A stretch of 61,147 nt of DNA, the filler included. It is 13 parts of 13 records of this genome, joined end to end, with 100 filler letters (N's around TTAATTAATTAA, not from the genome) between each part and the next. Parts side by side here need not be neighbours in the genome. Positions count along the whole stretch, not along the records: positions 57,253 to 61,147 come from SRR15195285_3081; 12 more parts are not named here. One strand, written 5' to 3'. Below, piece after piece: positions 57,826-61,147 of the stretch. The position numbers and the translations under genes are program-made. A model generated the notes under the pieces. That model made no database searches. It saw only the letters and a program-made list of their open reading frames with translations, and was not told the origin of the DNA. Positions within the stretch are counted from its first letter, which is position 1; the number at the start of each line of letters is the position of its first letter.

Positions 57826-60800
57826 TTAAGTTCCGGTGTTTGCAGAGTGTCCAGGCGATGGGTAGCTGATTGGCCTAGCTGGGAGCTGATGGAAGCCCAT
57901 CGTTAAAGAGAAGAGCACTCCGAAGAAAAATGTCAGCAAGAATGGTCCGTAGCCGTCGTGGAAACTCCGTGTGTCCTGTGGCCACACAGTCATCAACGCC
58001 AGTAGCACCAAGGAGAAGGCTGGGCTTTCTGTAAAATACAGTGGCACAAAATGTGCTAAAGTACATTCGTACCTGCGAATGGAATCGCCTGGCTCTGTCG
58101 TGGTACTGCCTCAAGGCCCAAAACATGGTGCCACACCCGACGGGAAGCATCGACAAGCCCACTACTCTGAGCCAGTCTAGCCCATGCACTTCACCGTACC
58201 CAGCCAGCGCAACACCGAACACTAAGACATTTGTGGCCTGTGTGGTCCAACTGAGGTATGTTCGTTCATTGGCCTGTTGATGCAAACGTTATAGAGGATA
58301 AGACAGTTAGTATCGAGCGTACAGACTACGGGAAGCGACCATCAGTCTCGTCTTATACTGTAAACAATAGCAAAGCTGGTAACCTCACCATAAACGTTTT
58401 TGGTTCGACACGAAGCTTGCGGTTTTTCGGATTGGCTTTGGATGATCAATTGCGTTCGAAGGCCATATAAAATGTCACAGTAGCAGCGACGAGCTTCGTT
58501 CAGAGAGGTGCAGGTGGCAACAGATGTGGCATCATCATCAGCAGCGGCAGCAGCTAAAATGCCGAAAGTGTGACAACCTAAATCAGTAGAGATAGCAAGG
58601 TGCGCACATGCTAGTGATGGGTTCGCGCGGATGTTGTTGTAATGCTCGGCACCAGCCATGCACCACCTGGACTTGTGCTGTTCATGTGTTCTCTCTGCAA
58701 CCGCGGATAATTCATCACCGTACATCAGCAAGCCATCATCCAGGTCGTCACTGCCGCCACATGTGCAGCAACATACCGACGAACGTGCAACTGCCGACGA
58801 TTCCAAGCTGAACTGCATACTGCCAACCCCAATCTGGCCACATCCTGGCGGCGTTGATGTGCCGTCGAAGTTGAATTGATCAGACGCTTGTTGATATGCA
58901 GCACAGGTTCCAGGCACGCTGTTTGAGCCGTTTAGTACTTGTTCGTGAGAAGGTGTTCGTGCCTCCTTCTCCTGCTGCTGCTGTCTCGCTTGTCGCCATT
59001 GCTCCCTTGACTGTGAGAGCACTGCGTCTCCTTGAAACACCAGCTGCCCGGATAAATCTCTCGTCAACCAATATGGAATCCCTGCACCAGACGGCTGTTT
59101 CAGCATTGACACTCCGTGCAGAAACTTGGAGTATTTCGCCATGTCGATTACGAGCCCATCGTGGAGTAGTTCTTTGAACCAGTCCGGTATGGTTTGATCT
59201 TCGCGTAGCTTTATCTCTAGCACAGAGTATGGAAACACATGGGAAGCCTTGCTCTGCGCAGCTATGTCGTCTCTCCATCTCCAACCTGTGCCGCTTTGGC
59301 CCATTGGTGACTCGTTGATCATTATAAAGTCGCGGTCCAAGCTGATCCGCAGCGTGTCATCGTGCTCGCGTTGATAGCAAATTCGAAGGTATCGTGTCAC
59401 AATACTTGGGCGGAGCTGCAGCGACCGGATCAACTGAATCACCTCCGATGCAAGCTGGATATCTTTCTGAGCCTTTCTGGTGCTGCCAGATAGACCTAGG
59501 GATCCCGCTGAGACAGTCTGTCCATTTGCTACATCCAACAAGGCGTCTGTTGCATCCACAGGCAGAGCGAACCGCTCTTTTACGCTCTCAACCTCCTCCC
59601 GGTGGGTCTTTCGCTCGACAAACACTTTCCGGCTGCAGTTTCCATTTGCGGCGTCACCGACTGCGCGCAAAGACTCATCTGCGTAGACGCGCAGACGCAA
59701 AGCCACCGCGCCGTCGTCGCGACGTAGACGTGAGTGAAACAGCTCAAAGTTCGCCGAATCGAGATAGACTGACGTTGTGGCCGGATCTTCTACAAGTGCT
59801 GTGCCCCGTGACTTTTTCGGAATGCGCTTATCGAAGTAGTAAAGCGGCATGTGCTGGACCAGCCGAACCATGACCTCGTGTTCAGCCTCAGGTGGAACCC
59901 AGTACTTGCGTGTTTTGCGGCTGAAGGTCGAGCCATCTTGCAAGTTGCCGGGGCCGTTGGTTGCCGAGTAAAGTCCGGCGCCGGAGTAAATTCGACTGAG
60001 ATCATCCAGGAAAGGCCGGATCCGCAGGCGCATGCGCCAGAAAGATCGATCGTCTTGCTCGAGTCGTTGCTTTATCCGAATCCGCGGGTGCTCCGCTGGA
60101 CCTCTACCCGCATCGTGCTCAAGCAGCAGGCGCTCGATGGCTAGATGGTGCAACCCAATAAAGCGCGACAGTGCGATGATGCGTCGTGCGTGCTCCTCGG
60201 CAGCTCGCGCGGTCGCATCCACGCCTGCGGCGTGCTGCGCCTCGATATGCCGAGACACGACAGCCAGCTGCCTCTCGACATAGTCGTCGAGTCGATCCAG
60301 CTCAGACGAAAGCGTCTCAGCAAACGCGCCAGATTGTGCCCGGGCCTGTTGTGCAAGGGCCGCGAGATCTGCGGCACATTACACCACACCCCAGTCAGTA
60401 GGTGTTGGTACACTAGCATCATGGTATACGTGGGCGCGTGACGATGTACGCTGCGCTAGTGTTCGTGCGCAGTGCCGCCCTCGTACTGGCGCAGTGCGGC
60501 GTCAGATCCGCCGGCAGTGCACTCAAACAACCCGCAATCACTGGCAGTCCATCGCTTGCGCTCGGCCAGCTCATCGCCACCACGCCCTCCGGGGAGATTA
60601 TCGCAGCCTCCAACGCGGTGCCTCGAGCCTCGCTTCGGTTGCAGTCAGGCTGCGACTCGTCGTCCACACGCGGACGACGAGTCACATGTACTAGGCTGCC
60701 GTAGCTCCACCTCCGCAAAGGGAGAGAGTCGGCGCCGACGAGCAGCAAGCGCCGGCGAGTGGCAGTGGGTCGCTCGTCCGCGTTGGCGTTGGTAGCTTGC

Positions 60801-60868
60801 GTGTGTGTCTGTTCGGGCAACGAAGGCGCGTCGCGATGCGCGCGCGCGCAGTTCAACAGCGCACCCAC
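57826..60868 (-). CDS. VTC4: Vacuolar transporter chaperone polyphosphate polymerase (Vtc4-like): degenerate SPX + VTC/TTM catalytic domain + DUF202 TM domain; start uncertain
   Basis: FSRKTRKYWV, SVYLDS, LRLRVY, VFVERKTH, KERF, RISLD, VLEIKL and KYSKFLHG; spliced RVEPKTFM/ANERTYLSW; terminal exon FHDGYGP. Confidence 0.9.
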
Positions 60869-61147
60869 ATTTCCCTAGATAGTATTCGAATAAGTACATG
60901 TACTAGTAGGGTATTCGAACCCCAATTCACCTTCCGGATGCATTCGCCGGATATCATTCAACATTCCCCGCTTAGGGATTGTCCGGAATCGGGATTTGTT
61001 TGCATGTCCGCAATTCATTTTTCGGAATACTGTACTGTACCGGTACCGGTAGTACCGGTAGGAAGTAGGGAAACGAATGATCGAATCCCTATTACGTACT
61101 CGTACGTACCGGTACCGGTAATCGAGTACTCGTACGCGTACAGCTAC

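Noticed and set aside
1-61147. Alternative genetic code
   Set aside because: Conserved genes translate correctly with the standard code and end in TAA, TAG and TGA.

Overview
This window is not one locus. It is 13 short contigs (about 3-8 kb each) joined by artificial 100-bp linkers (44 N + TTAATTAATTAA + 44 N), so gene neighbourhoods across linkers mean nothing. The DNA is from a gene-dense, GC-rich microbial eukaryote with short GT-AG introns. PEPEPE tracts and EF-hand, TIR and kelch mosaics suggest a marine protist single-cell or metagenome assembly, but the taxon cannot be fixed from sequence alone. Recognisable genes: divergent GH32 hydrolase, tandem-duplicated SLC25A42-like mitochondrial carrier, MHS-type MFS transporter, EGF-domain membrane protein, UDP-glucose 4-epimerase, secreted copper-monooxygenase-like/DOMON protein, SLC26/SulP transporter, ARM-TIR protein, OSCA/TMEM63 channel with an inserted ubiquitin-like domain, LNR-repeat protein, GH105 hydrolase, PH-domain dynamin, GYF/EF-hand/PH protein, kelch/Cys-rich/EF-hand/PX membrane protein and Vtc4-like polyphosphate polymerase. 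The most striking structure is contig 1. It is bounded by perfect 30-bp inverted repeats and carries one spliced gene with no recognisable transposase, so it is a candidate new TIR element. No rRNA, tRNA or CRISPR array was recognised. Exon boundaries were read by eye and domain calls come from motif recognition, not database searches.
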